Origin: Octopus bimaculoides
Taxonomy: Eukaryota
DNA length: 64,000 bases
NCBI RefSeq assembly: GCF_001194135.2
Contig: NC_068981.1
Coordinates: 86,407,741-86,471,740, forward strand
Reading direction: 5' to 3'
The notes beneath the pieces were generated by a model that worked only from the letters and a program-made list of their open reading frames with translations, had not been told where the DNA came from and did no database searches. Shown in pieces: positions 1 through 12,871 of the stretch. Both the position numbers and the translations under genes were made by a program. Within the stretch, counting starts at the first letter, position 1. Every line of letters starts with the position of its first letter.

Positions 1-289
1 ATATATAATGTGCGTGTGTGTTTTCAATGCTATGTGTTCCCTCTCCATCTATCATGAATCCCCCCCCCCAATTCTGTGTACATTATGTTCGTTTTCTCTG
101 TTACTTTGATTACTGTAATATATAATTCATTCAGTAGACTGTTTAAATTATTTTCATAGTTCTTAAGAAGGAATTTAAATAAAAATTAATCGTTAGTCAG
201 TAAGAGGCCTCAAATTGAATAACTGATATTGGAAAAACACATATTTTCTTTATATGACTTACTGGTTGTTCTACTTTACTTCCTTATAG

Positions 290-345
290 GTGAATGTGTT
301 TCTACAAATTGAACAAGAATTATCAACAGACACAGATGAATTCAG
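290..345 (+). CDS. DOP1: Dopey/DOP1 family protein, internal exon (VNVFLQIEQELSTDTDEF-R)
   Basis: ttatag|GTG...TTCAG|gtacaa. The peptide resembles the DOP1A segment VQVFLLMEQELTADEDISR (recalled). Ends in phase 2 and joins 27107 in frame. Confidence 0.88.
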
Positions 346-997
346 GTACAAAATTCCAATACACTGTCTTCAAAAATATAACTTTTAGTTCTCTTAGATA
401 ATTTTGTTGAAGTTTTTCTTTTTCATAAAACTCATTCATTTATTGTTTATTATTTCATTATCATCATCATAATCATGAAGAAGATGCACATTAGCCATAT
501 CAAGTTTCACATAAGGAGTGTGATAGTAACAATTCTTCTCAACTTTTAAGGACTTATTAGTTTTCTCCAACTCTGCTATTTTTATCTCAATTCCAGTATT
601 TCTTTAAAAGCTAATTTGGTGTGGTTTCTAACATTACCTGTGACAGGGTATTTTCTGTTTCCCCCCAACCCATAATTTTCTATCTATGATCTTGCAAATT
701 TGGACTGGGGATGGTCTCTTTACAATAATATTTACTTGTAGTGACTTCTATTTTATTGGCAATTTGGACTGAGAAATCTACCAGGGTCTAGTTTATCCTG
801 TTCAGGCTATATTATTAGCATTATTCTGCGATTGAGAATTTAAAATCACTTCTTTAATTTTCTAAAAAAGACATCTCAACGCTTCTAAAAGCAAACTTCG
901 TTTGTTTATTTACGTTTGTTGTAATTTGAATTTAACATATGAGAGCGTCTCATAAAGCAAGATTTATATATCTTAATTTGCAGAGGAATTTGTAGTG

Positions 998-1072
998 GGT
1001 AGTTTAGCTTAATCGGTCAAAGCATCGTGACATGTAATCACGGGGATGTGAGTTCGAGTCCACAGCTAGCCA
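998..1072 (+). pseudogene. tRNA-Thr(TGT)-like sequence (pseudo-tRNA or SINE head)
   Basis: D arm GCTT/AAGC; anticodon arm CGTGA/TCACG with loop CATGTAA; T loop TTCGAGT. Acceptor stem bulged, T stem one base short, position 33 is A instead of U. Confidence 0.7.
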
Positions 1073-1244
1073 CCTACACTTTTCTCTGCAAATTAGGGGT
1101 AGTTTATCCTGTTCAGGCTATATTATTAGCATTATTCTGTGATTGAGAATTTAAAATCACTTCTTTAACTTTCTAAATAATAATTATGTTGAATGTTAGT
1201 TTATTATTCTAATAATCTTATTGTGTTCCTTCAGTGCATAACTC

Positions 1245-3040
1245 AGTCATCATTTAACATCTGTTTTTCCTTGCTGGCATTGGTTGGAAAGTTTGACATG
1301 AACAAAAGAGCCAGAGGGCTTCACCAGGCTCCATGTTTGCTTTGGCATAGTTTCTACATCTGGATGCACTTTCTAATGTTAACCACTTAGTAGCCTACTG
1401 GATGCATTTTACATGGCACCAGCACCAGTGAAGTCACCAGGTACCCACAAAATAAGACCCCTCAACTGAGCGGGGTGTAGACTGGAGAAAGAAACTATGA
1501 TGGAGGGTGAAGAACAGGTGTTTTGCTGAAGATGTGAGTGTATGGCTTGCTCACCTGGGAAGTGAGAGAAAGAAAGAGATGTGAGGCCGAGGTACATGAA
1601 CATGAGACAGAAAAGGAAATGTACTGAGTGAAAATAGTGTGAAAGATGATTAAAGATAGCAAATGAGTTGGACACAGAGGATATTAGTTCAGTGTAGTAA
1701 GAAGTGAAGAAAATAAAAGATGAGTTATGGGAAAAGGCTTGACTGAGCCTAAATTCTGCTGAGATGGACAAGTCTTCCCAAGCACAGCATAACGCCATTC
1801 ATCACAGTCCCCTATCATCTCTTCTTGAGGTCAGTCTTCATCACTTTGTCCCTCGTCTTCTTAGGTCTACTTCTTCCATAGCGATCTTGTACAATCTGAT
1901 TAACTATATGAGTGACTAGGCCATATCCTACCCTGCCAGATATTTTAAGAGGTAATTCCTGATATACCAGGGATTTTCTCAGTCTTCATTTTCTTAATTA
2001 CTTTAACTACAACACTAATGTCAACACAAATGGCTAGACTCTCTGTCAGGTTCACATTAGGAAGATTCTCTTTCTTCTATGCATTCTTCACATTTAATAA
2101 CCTTTCATAATATCACTTCTATGCCTCTTTCTTTTCAGAATCACTAAATGCAAGCAAGCCATCCTCTTTCTGCATAGATTTCTCTTCCACAACATCTCAA
2201 TTTTCTCTGGTACACTGCCTTGCAATTGGGAAACACCTCATGTCTTTTGTCCTCATGGTGTAGAATGTTGGCAAACCCCTTTTTTCCTGCCACTTCCCTT
2301 GCTAAATAGTCCTACCTCCTAGCTTCTCTTCTAGTTACCTGGTAAAGTTCTCTGCTGTCCCCATTGTTCAAACCCTTCTAAGCTTGCTTCATCACTTTTA
2401 TTGCTCTGTCTACTTCTTCCTTGTTCCACCACCACATCACATTTGGTCTAGCTGGACTTTTGCACCCACCACAAATTTGATTTGTAGCCCTCAGTAGATT
2501 GTCGTGTAAGAATTTCCAATTGTCCTCTACATTATATGTCCCTATCTCCTACTCTTTTTCATCGAATCTCTAGCTGTTTGAAAAATCTCTAAGCCTCTGG
2601 CTCTTCCTTTTCCAGATTGCATTGCTAGAGCTCTAAGTCTGAACTCATGACTAACCGATGTTGGGAAGTACATTCTTCACCAGGAAAGGACTTTGAATTC
2701 TCAAGCATCTGCCTATCCTGTTTTCTGGTGAAAATGTTGTCAATTTGGCTTTTGTGTCCACCAGATTCATAAGTGACCAAGTGGCTGGTGGTTTTCTGGA
2801 CTTCATAGAAGTGATCCTTCGATTCATCCATCAGTCCAACTTGTGGAGCATATACTGAGATAAATGTTACTGTTGCATAATCTAATACTAATCTTAGCTT
2901 AAACAATCTTATCACACTCTTTGACTACCTCAATCACTTTTTCTGCTCATTTCTCTGCTAAGAGTATGCTTACATTGACCCACCCAACCACCCCATCTTC
3001 CAGGCCCTTAAGTTTTATCAGTTCCCCATTGCTTCCTATG
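1245..3040 (-). mobile_element. Decayed RTE-clade LINE (3' tail plus ORF2 remnants including AP endonuclease)
   Basis: ORF 2625-2915(-) reads ISVYAPQVG...KDHFY and TYESGGHKSQID, typical of RTE endonucleases. The shared (GAT)n-tailed 3' end is at about 1245-1430. Confidence 0.8.
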
Positions 3041-4161
3041 ATAGAATATCTCTTGGAAAAAAAATTTTTTTGTTCTCCTCAATGTCTTCAGTATATCTAA
3101 ATGTCTGATTGTATATTGTTTTAATTATAGTTGGGGAACCAGAAACGATGTTATTGTTTCTCACCATTTTCACATGTTCTGTTGTTTTTTATGCTCAAGT
3201 CTATTTATATGTAATTTTTTTTGTTTAGTTTAGTTCTTAGAGGTAGGCTTTTTTGTCATATGCTCAGTCAAAACCCTCTGGCCTCAGCTGTACTTTCTTG
3301 GGTTTTCAATCGGTTTAAGGACTTTTGTTTAATGTACGTAATTCATTATTTTTGGTATTGATCATGTTGGGGTTTTTCCCTCACCTTCTTACTATTGCTT
3401 CTTGAAGTCTTATTTTTAATCTTAATTTATCAAATTTTCTCATTTTGTTTCACCATTTTCTTCACAATTGCCTCTTACCTCTTTACTGCAGCCTTTGTTT
3501 TACATCTTCCTTAAGACAATATAGTTTTTCTTTGTTCTTGTTTTGTAGCTGTTTATTCTTTGCTATATATTTTTGTAGTCATATTTTATAATAGCTTTGT
3601 AGGTATAAAAGCCTTGTAACTCCTTGTGTTTATGATAAATATGTTTCTATGATGACTTTCGATGATGTATTCTAAATACAGTTTTAAATGTCTATAATAT
3701 TGCTATCCAACCTTTCCTTCTGTATTGTATTCTAATTCACTAACTCCTGGTTGTTTGTAAATATGTCTTTTATCAAATTCATATTACTGAAAACTAATGA
3801 TTTCTTGTTGAAGAAGCTTTACAGTGTTTTCTCTAACAATGCTATGCAGTGACACATTAAGTGTATTGAGAATTTGAATGCTTTCATACATGTATATGGC
3901 AAAACAATAAAAAATAATCCACTTTACTATTCTGAATTAGAGCAAAACTTGAGAACCTAGTTCAAGCATGGTTTGCATAAACCTTAAATATTAAAGCATT
4001 TGTATCCTTAGTATTTATAAAACTGCTTATTTGTTGAGTCATGTATATATTGACTTAATATTTTTTCTCATACTTTCACTATACTTATTATGGAGATAGG
4101 TGTTAACAGTGTACTTAATGCCAAAATCTGCTTTAGAAAAATTGTTTTGCTTCATTTTAGG

Positions 4162-4387
4162 CAGTTGTTCTCAACCATTTTTTGGCTTATGACCCCTTTG
4201 ATTCCTATGTTACTCAGCAGGGGGGTCTTCATTACCCATTCCATGTCTAAAATCTGCTATTATATTTTTATGATTAAATATTAGAAATTGTATTAAAAAA
4301 ATGTTTAAATATTTTGTGTGTAGTAGAAATATAACCAGTTTATTGCACATAAGTTTTAATTAAATGGACCCTATTTGAGAACCACTC
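4162..4387. mobile_element. hAT-type MITE
   Basis: Ends CAGTTGTTCTCAA / TTGAGAACCACTC, with 8-bp flanking duplication ATTTTAGG (4154-4161) and ATTTAAGG (4388-4395). Confidence 0.75.
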
Positions 4388-6647
4388 ATTTAAGGCATCT
4401 AAATGTGAAATATTCTTCAACAAAAAGAATAGTATTTGAAAACCCCTATCATAGGTTTTCATACTCACCTCAACATGTAATTGTGTTTTGTTTTGTTTTT
4501 TTAACTCTTATGCAGAAGTATTTGATAATATTTTAATTACAGGCTTGAAGCTTATTTTAATTAATTATTGTTTTTATATTTTTCAGGTAAACAATGGCAG
4601 TTATTTCCTTTTGTTGATGTTACCAGCATGTTTGGAAGTCATGTGAACAGGTTGTGCTTGGTTCTGTTTTAGGTTTTTCTCTTGTGTGATTTTCTTTCTT
4701 TGTTGGTAGGGGTTTCTTTTTCTTGCAATATTAATGGTTAGTAGTATCTATTAAACTGTTACTTACCTATTTTTTTCCTCTTCATTATTTTTGATAATCA
4801 ATGTTTTACTTCTTGTGTTCTCTTTATAATGATTAAGAGTAGTGGAGTATTGTAGTGAATAGGTTTGGCTTAATTTGATACATTTGTTTATGTCTAGGCA
4901 TGTATTTATGCCCAAACATAATATCTAAAGCTTCATAAATACATTTTCTTTTATGCATATCATTTTCCTTAAAGTGGAAAAAAAAATGTTTCAAAAGAAG
5001 AAAAGGAAGAAAAAAATGTCTTGAATTTTTGCTTGTGGTGTTTGAAAATTCTAAGATTGAGATTAATCAACTAACAGTCTAGAATGTAGAAAATAGCTTA
5101 TTTTGGAAAACTTAAAGCCTTTAATAATTTTCTGAAGGATGTCTCCCCCTACCCCTGCCCTTCATTTCTTTTAATTTTTCACTCTACCTTTCTCAAATTC
5201 TTAGGTAGTTGCCTACTTTCTCATCAAGAAAGAGAAAGATTGAGGTTTCTTTTTGAGCTTTTACTAAAATATTAATATTTATGAATTTGTAATCTGAAAA
5301 TTGCATGAAACATTTAGACATAGATTATAGGAAATACTCCATTTACCTCCTGCTAGATAACAAAATAATAATAATGTGGACATAAGAGAAAAAAATATTT
5401 TGTAAATATATTTCTTAGTTTTATTTAACCATTGTTTATTTCAACTAGCAAAGTATTTTTTACAATTATATATTTTGTTTATACTAAAGTTTAACTATAA
5501 ACGTTATGAATATTTCTTTAAAATACAAAAAAGATTGGTTAATTTTTTGAGACTGAATTAAAGTAATTTTTTTTTTTTTTACCTTTGTTGTTCTTTCCTG
5601 TTATTTTTGAACTCCTTTCCTTTCAATGTTTTCAACATTGTAAATTTGGTTGCTTGTTCCTTGCAGCAGTTTTTGTGTTTTGCACCCATTCTTTGTTGTT
5701 TTTTTTATGTGTGTGTGTTTCTTTATTGGTTATATTAAATAAAGAAATTGAGAGTTAGTGAATGACTAGGTTGATAAGGATATTGTATATAGGCATAAAT
5801 CAGAGATTAGTTTAACCGATTAATCTCTTTTTCTTTTTATGCCTGTTGTATACTTACATGGTTTCATTTATTATTCATTTACTTTTTAAAAATCATGAAT
5901 TAAAAGATAATTAATTTATGTTATACATTTTCACTATAGTTTTTTTGAAATAACTGAAAATGATATGTTTGAAAAAATCCTTTAAGTAATGCAGACAAAA
6001 TATGTGATGGCAATAAATAAAATCAAAGGGGAAAATTATTGCATTACTTTACCTAGATTATTTAATGGTCATATAATATTTTAGGAAAGATTCCTTTTCA
6101 AATAGAAAATAATCAGAGTTCAGAGAAGTGTGAGGTATCCTTCTTGAGCTATAGGCTCATTAAATAACTTACGTGAGGTAATACAATATCTTTCCTCCTT
6201 GTTTTCCTTTATTGACACCACTTTACATATTTTGTGTAACTTCTCACCTGCAATGCTCAGTGGACTTTTTTTTCAAACATTTATATCAGTTACATACATT
6301 TTGATACTTCAAGGAAATTACAATACTCTCTTAAGTATAAGAAAAAAATCTTGAAAAATTTTAAGATGCAGAACACATTAGATTCAAGCCATCATTACTT
6401 ATATTCAGGCTAAATAATCATTGCTTTTTTAAATAGCTACTTAAATTGTATAAGTTGAACATTTTAAAATCAACAGTTGAACTATTATATTAGCAATTTT
6501 TAACTATTTTGCTTTTATAAATGAATATATATTAAATATAAAAATTCTTCGCAGTAAAATTATATTCATAATTTGAAGACTAAGAGATAACTTGAGAAAT
6601 GGTTCTGTAGAATATCTTTGTATATCTGAAAGTTGAATTTGTGTGTG

Positions 6648-6680
<33 letters not shown>

Positions 6681-6681
6681 T

Positions 6682-7010
6682 CCTCATTAAAGGCCTGTGA
6701 TATGCCGGAGAGTGAATGGGAGAGCAATACCTGTCATCGCCACAGATGGAGGAAGCAGGTTAAGGAGGGGGTCAACACCTTTGAGAGTGCATGTATTCTG
6801 CATGAAGAACTTAAGCGTGCTGCTCGAAAGCGCACTGCTGGTGTAGTGAATGGGGAAAGCTTGGTTTGCAATGTTTGCAGACATGTTAGCTTGTCAAGCA
6901 GGGCTCATTAGCCACCAATAGAGCCACAAATGCAAAATACAAGTTAGTTCTAGAGCGCACAATGTTCCTAAAGGTCAGTAATAGTCTTCCTCGGTCACAA
7001 GTGGATGGCC
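6682..7010 (+). mobile_element. 3' end of an RTE-BovB-like LINE
   Basis: Translation WE..CHRHRWRKQVKEGVNTFE...KRAARK...CNVCRHVSLS is the C-terminal CCHH-like end of RTE-BovB ORF2. Confidence 0.7.
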
Positions 7011-8505
7011 ATCATATATATATATATATATATAGATATAGATAGATAGATAGATAAACATGGAAGCCATTAGCTAAAAGTTTCTGTCTTAGTTATGAAG
7101 CATTAAAAAGATATCTTACATATCCAATAAATATATGCATTGTTTTGAATAACTGAGTCCTTACATAGCAGATGTATAGTAAGGAGAGAAAGGGGCAGTG
7201 AGTCCCAGGTTCTGTGTGAAGAGGTAAAAAATTTCCTCTATTATGTTTGTTAATTAAGGCGGTGGCACCAAAATAAACCTTGCCCTAGACTCTGGGAACC
7301 TTTGCTATACTACTACATATTGAGAACTTATAACTACTGAATTTTAGAGTTATAAGTAAAGAACTAGTATTTATTTGGATTATTATATTTGTAATTGTGT
7401 ACTTAAAAAAGCTCTTTCTATTTTCTTGAAAAAGCTAATAAAACAATGTTCATTTTCTCATAGAATTATTAGCATTACAATAATCATGTGGTTCTCACAA
7501 ATCTACCTATTACTAAATCTTACTAATAGTTTTCTCTATATGAACCTTCTTTATAAAATCTATATATCAATTAAATCATATTTTATTAATCAGCAACTAT
7601 AGATATTTCATATTTGATTATTATTTCAATGGTCAGCAGTTTATATTTTGTCAATGCTGCTGCTGCATTGACAATTGGCTTCAAGCTAACTTAGTGCATC
7701 TCTATCTAATTAAGTATGGTACAGTAAGGAGTAACTTGACACTGTTAATATTATTCTCAGGCATTCAATACTATTTTATCGTGCCAACACATTTTGGTTT
7801 CTCTATATTTACTCAGTGATTTGTTCACTACTAAATGCAGCAGGTTATGAGGAGGCAAAACTTTGCTAAGGAATGTCGATAAAAGCAGAAACATATCTTG
7901 AGTTGTCTCCTACATTTGCTTGAAAAAAACATTAGTCATCAATTAATATTTTTCTCATTGCATTTGTTTTGAATTCAAATTTTTTTAATCCCCCTATTTG
8001 TAAATAAACTAATATCCACTAATCTTTCATTATTAAATTAAACTTCTCTTGCAAGTATTAGATGAGAAAGGATAGGCTCCAACCAACTGACATTAGATAT
8101 AATAGATGTAATTTTCAGTAGTTGTACAATGTCCTAGTCTATTGGCAATATATTGCTTTCATATAAAAAAAGGCTCTTTACTGAGCAACATTTACAAGGT
8201 CTCATGCTATATTTCTAACCTTACCCTTATAATATAAATTGCGCTAAAATGCATTAAATTCGTGGTTTATCTCATTATAAACAGCTTAATTTTTGTTTTT
8301 ATTGGTTATAGTGTATCAATAAAGTTCTTTTGTCTGCTTTCTTTTAGGTTCCCTTTTAGTGATACTAAATTTTGTTCAAATTTGCTATTTTCTACTTGTT
8401 TCTTTGTTTTCCAGCATAGTTGTTATCCTGCTGATTCCTCTTGTGATTCTTTTTATTAAACATTCTGTTAGTTTATTCTGGTGATATCTGTTTATTTCAA
8501 GCATC

Positions 8506-8512
<7 letters not shown>

Positions 8513-8558
<46 letters not shown>
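8513..8558. repeat. (TA)n microsatellite (one of many TA, CA, ATCT and GAT tracts)
   Basis: Direct reading. Confidence 0.95.
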
Positions 8559-8562
<4 letters not shown>

Positions 8563-10329
8563 TCTTTTTATGCTTTTGTACAAGAAATTTTGTGATGTGT
8601 TTATTTAAAAGTAGTTCAGATTGAAATGTCATAGAATTTCTTGTAACAGCTGAAGTTGTCTTCTTTTACACATGAGTGTTCAATTATTATAGTGTGATGT
8701 AATTCTTTTATTTGAATATTTTTTACTTTGGTGTCTTGAAACTTTTACGTGAATGAATATTATCTACTACGCTAAGTAATATTCCTTTGTTTAAATGATG
8801 TGTTTTCAAACAATTATTGTTGAAACCAGTTGATGTTTAGAGATGTAACGGTTGTTGTTTGTTTTAAACACATTACTATATTGAGAGCTATGATGTCACA
8901 GTGACATAGCTGTCTTTATAGTAATGACTTTGTTGTAGCATTCTGTTGCAGTTACTTTTGCTCAGTTAAGAGTTAAGAGTTAATTTTAAGCAATGACCAG
9001 TATTTTAAAATTAGCCTATTTATTTCAAATATGTTACTGCAGTAATTTAAAATGTATTTGTTCAAAGGTTAGATTATTTAACTTTAACTTTCAAATATAA
9101 ATTTATCACCCAGTTTTTATTAAAACAAATTAGTCTTTATTAAAAGTTGTTAATATTGCTTATCTAATAGATCACACTATATTTCCTGCTAAATTATCGT
9201 AAACCCTCTACATTATTTGATAATTAATATTTAATATTACCTTTCCTTCTTAAGGAATTTAACATTACCTCCTTCCTAATTTACCTTTTTTTCTTTTTCC
9301 ATTGTACCAAATTCTCTGTTCATTTTAGTACTTGTATTGTGTGAAAGTTTAACATAATAGCTTATTACAGCTTCCATGTCTATCTCTTATTCATGATTAT
9401 TCTCCTTGCCTTTAGACATTCAACTTAGCTACTAATCAGTGTTAAAAGCACATTTCTCATTAGATATAGATTTTTGCATCATAACCTTTTATCCATCTTT
9501 CTTCATAACCACATAGTAGTTTTATTAATATATTAAAACCTCTCACCCCTCTTTTAAGTTCTTTTACTGTGACCTCTGTAAATATTAGTATATTCATTTT
9601 GATGTATCTACTTAAATATTATTCAATGACTCCAATAGTTAGGCTAACATACCTTTGAAGTAGCTTTGCAGTTGTACTGCAAAAAAAAAAAAAACATTCT
9701 CTTGATATTACAACAACCATGTCAATATTACAGTTATAACACTCATTCAAGATACATCTATTATGCTATCTACTGATGATCTTCATGCTCTACTTTAACC
9801 TCATCAACTTGAAGTAAACCAAACACCTACTGCATCAATCTCACCAATCTGGGAGGGCCTATGCAGATCATGGGCACCAGCCCTCTTATTAAAACTAAAA
9901 CAACCCTTTTTAAACTCTTCCATTTTCTGCACGCTAGATTCACCACTCTACCTGTCCTACATTAACACCAGCTGTCTTGGTTTTCTGAGAACACTTTTTT
10001 ATGATGGTTCTTTAGAAGTGCCAACATTATACATTAAATAGCAATCATATTTGTAGAACCCATTATGTTTGTATCCATTGTTAACATTGTTTTGCAGGTA
10101 GAGGTATCTTACGAGATTTAAAAGTAGATTAATTCTAGATTAGTATTCTTATATTGGTGGCAGTCTTCATACTGTGACCAAGCTGGGGCAGTCTTAATTG
10201 AATATATGAGCTCAAATCTTGACAGACACATATGGAAGATTCCAATCTGGAGTCATGTTAACCCACAATTATGAAGGAAATCCATGTTGAACATTGAGTT
10301 TTATATAAATGGTTTTATAAATTGGTTTA

Positions 10330-10640
10330 TCTTCTAACTTGTTTCAGGCATTGGACTGTAGCTATGCTGAAGCACTAACTTAAAGGGTTTAGTCAGGTAA
10401 ATCAATACCCAGAACTGATAAAATAAATCTGGTACTTATTCTGTGGGTCTCTTTTACCAAACTGTTAAGCAACAAGGACCACCACCAGTTGTCAAGCAGT
10501 GGGAGGACAAGATACACACATACACACTATAGGCTTCTACATAGTCTCCATCTACAAAATTCACCCACAAGACATTGGTTGGCTGCACAGTGAGACTGAA
10601 CTTGAAACCACATGGTTGCAACCGAGCTTCTTAACAGGTG
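10330..10640 (-). mobile_element. High-copy tRNA-headed SINE (family with GGATTTGGTAGAC core); other copies near 14170, 23190, 24880, 40780, 44650, 46500, 49565, 56880, 60030
   Basis: The same motifs recur many times in both orientations (gcttcccaaccacatgg, ccttgggcaag, gtgagtggatttggtag, gatagaataagtac). Confidence 0.8.
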
Positions 10641-10799
10641 GAGACATGCCTTCACCTATTTATTTATGTCCTTACAACATGGCTGCCATCATTTCCGTGA
10701 AATATGGTACCTCTGATGACGCTTAGCAAATGAAAACTTTGCTGAAACAACAGTGGCCATATGGTAAGAACGTGAATAAACCCCCTTTCACATACATAA

Positions 10800-11160
10800 A
10801 TAACAACGCCGAGGATTCCAGTTGATCCGATCAACGGAACAGCCTGCTCGTGAAATTAACGTGCAAGTGGCTGAACACTCCACAGACACGTGTACCCTTA
10901 ACATAGTTCTCGGGGATATTCAGCGTGACACAGTGTGACAAGGCTGACCCTTACAGGCACAACAGAAACAGGAAGCAAGAGTGAGAGAAAGTTGTGGTGA
11001 AAGAGTACAGCAGGGGTCGCCACCATCCCCTGCCAGAGCCTCGTGGAGCTTTAGGTGTTTTTCGCTCAATAAACACTCACAACGCCTGGTCTGGGAATCG
11101 AAACCGTGATCCTATGACCGCAAGTCCACTGCCCTAACCACTGGGACATTGCGCCTCCAC
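10800..11160 (-). mobile_element. Near full-length tRNA-derived SINE (second family); another copy at about 48370-48640
   Basis: Reverse strand begins GGAGGCGCAATGTCCCAGTGGTTAGGGCAGTGG...GGTTTCGATTCCC (A and B boxes) followed by a family-specific body. Confidence 0.8.
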
Positions 11161-11324
11161 TAATATATATATATATATATATATATATAATGTGTGTGTA
11201 TATGTTTGTATATAAATATATGTAAGTATATATATATGCATGTATGTATATATCTGTATATAAATATATGTAAGTATATATATGCATGCATGTATGTGTA
11301 TATATATATATATATGTCTATATT

Positions 11325-11596
11325 ATCATCATCATTTAACGTCCGCTTTCCATGCTAGCATGGGTTGGACGGTTTGACTGGAGACTGGTGAATCAGATGG
11401 CTACACCAGACTCCAATCTGATCTGGCAGAGTTTCTACAGCTGGATGCCCTTCCTAATGCCAACCACTCTGAGAGTGTAGTGAGTTCTTTTTATGTGCCA
11501 CCGGCACGAGAGGGCCAGTCCAGTGGTACTGGCAACAGCCACGCTGAAATGGTGTTTTTTACATGCCACCTGCACAAGAGTCAGTCCAATGTTTTG
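11325..11596 (-). mobile_element. 5'-truncated RTE 3' UTR/tail repeat with (GAT)n end; further copies at about 12880, 27990, 41600, 43600, 45615, 46320, 51510, 54840, 59340, 60180
   Basis: Near-identical ggttggcgttaggaagggcatccagctgtagaaac...gcatggaaagcggacgttaaacgatgatgat. At 31850-32470, 57530-58320 and 54840-55440 the tail is contiguous with RTE ORF2 ends. Confidence 0.85.
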
Positions 11597-11789
11597 NNNN
11601 NNNNNNNNNNNNNNNNNNNNNNNNNNNNNNNNNNNNNNNNNNNNNNNNNNNNNNNNNNNNNNNNNNNNNNNNNNNNNNNNNNNNNNNNNNNNNNNNGCAC
11701 ACATGTGGAGATGGGTGCATAGATTGGAATGCAGTTTGTATTTTTTTCCTAGTTCCCATAGTTACTGAGAAAATCGATTAAAACTATTT

Positions 11790-12775
11790 TCAAATGGAAT
11801 GCCCCTGTTTGTTCTGCCATTAAAACAACCAGTTCCTCACACAGCTGGCACATGCCATTTTGCTAGCAACAAGGGGAGTACAAGGTAACAGTCAGCCAAA
11901 GCCATTCATACATACATACATTACCTCTCTCTCCTTTTCTCTGTCAGTCACTTAGACATTTACTCACCATAAAAAGTGAATATAAAAAATTTCAGTTAAC
12001 TCTCTCTCAGCCATACATAGATACATACATACATACATAACATGCGAGTGTGTGTGTCACTGAAGCCATTCATACATACATACATAACCTCTCTCTCTCT
12101 CTTTTCCCTGTCAATCACTCACACATTCACTCGCTATAAAAAGTGAATAAAAAATTTCAGTTATCTCTCTCTCTTTCCTTCTCTTTCTCTCTCTCACATA
12201 CACACACACACCAGCAACATTACTCTCTCTGTCTCGCACACCCCATCAAATACACATACACACAAACACTCACACACACACACACACATGCACGCACACA
12301 CATCAATTCTTCTGCTTCACACCAACTTCAAAAGAACTTCACTTACACAATTGCGCTCTCTCTGTCTTTTTTGCTTTCATGCCGACTTCAAAAGACCCCC
12401 TTTCTCTCAACCCCATATTTAAAAAAAATACTTTTTTACAGAAACTGACGATCATCTTCAAAAATGTAATTAAACATGTGGTTTGTAAGTGACAATCATG
12501 TGTTCCCATATTGAAAGATCGCCCAATGTTTTAATGATTAGACAGAGGTCCAATAGAATAGCTCTCAGAAACAGACTACGTAAAATTCGTTCTTCACAAC
12601 TCCTTAAGCTGTTTTCTGATGAGGGCAGGGAGTCAGGTAATTTTCATACAGCTGGAGGCTCCAATCGAAACAGGGGACCCGAAATGATAAGGTTGAGAAA
12701 TACTGTTATAGATTATGCCTAACCGAAAATGATCACAGCCACATCATCCAAACAGACCGGGTTTAGCTGCTAGTA
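11790..12775 (-). mobile_element. Non-autonomous Helitron-like element with internal microsatellites and a tandemly duplicated unit of about 165 bp
   Basis: Minus-strand end ACTAGCAGCTAAACCCGG beside a TA run resembles the terminus at 62958. Internal duplicate 11890-12000 vs 12056-12170. Confidence 0.45.
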
Positions 12776-12830
12776 TATATATAAAGCGCAATTTATTCGT
12801 GATCAAAAGTGTTTGAAAACCGAGGTCCTA

Positions 12831-12871
<41 letters not shown>

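Noticed and set aside
998-1072. Functional tRNA-Thr gene
   Set aside because: Non-canonical A33, a bulged acceptor stem and a shortened T stem; treated as a pseudo-tRNA.
8468-8480. 9-nt exon-like TTTATTCTG|gtgata and other tiny AG..GT units (3233-3242, 10098-10103, 25692-25706)
   Set aside because: They create stops or have very weak donors; indistinguishable from chance in AT-rich sequence.
10716-10760. CTGATGA...GAAAC motif with AGCAAA/TTTGCT stem
   Set aside because: Position 17 would be G and stem I does not pair; at best a dead relic.
12617-12680. CTGATGAG...CGAAAC hammerhead-like motif
   Set aside because: Stem II is interrupted at its base, and no stem III or stem I with a UH cleavage site can be formed.
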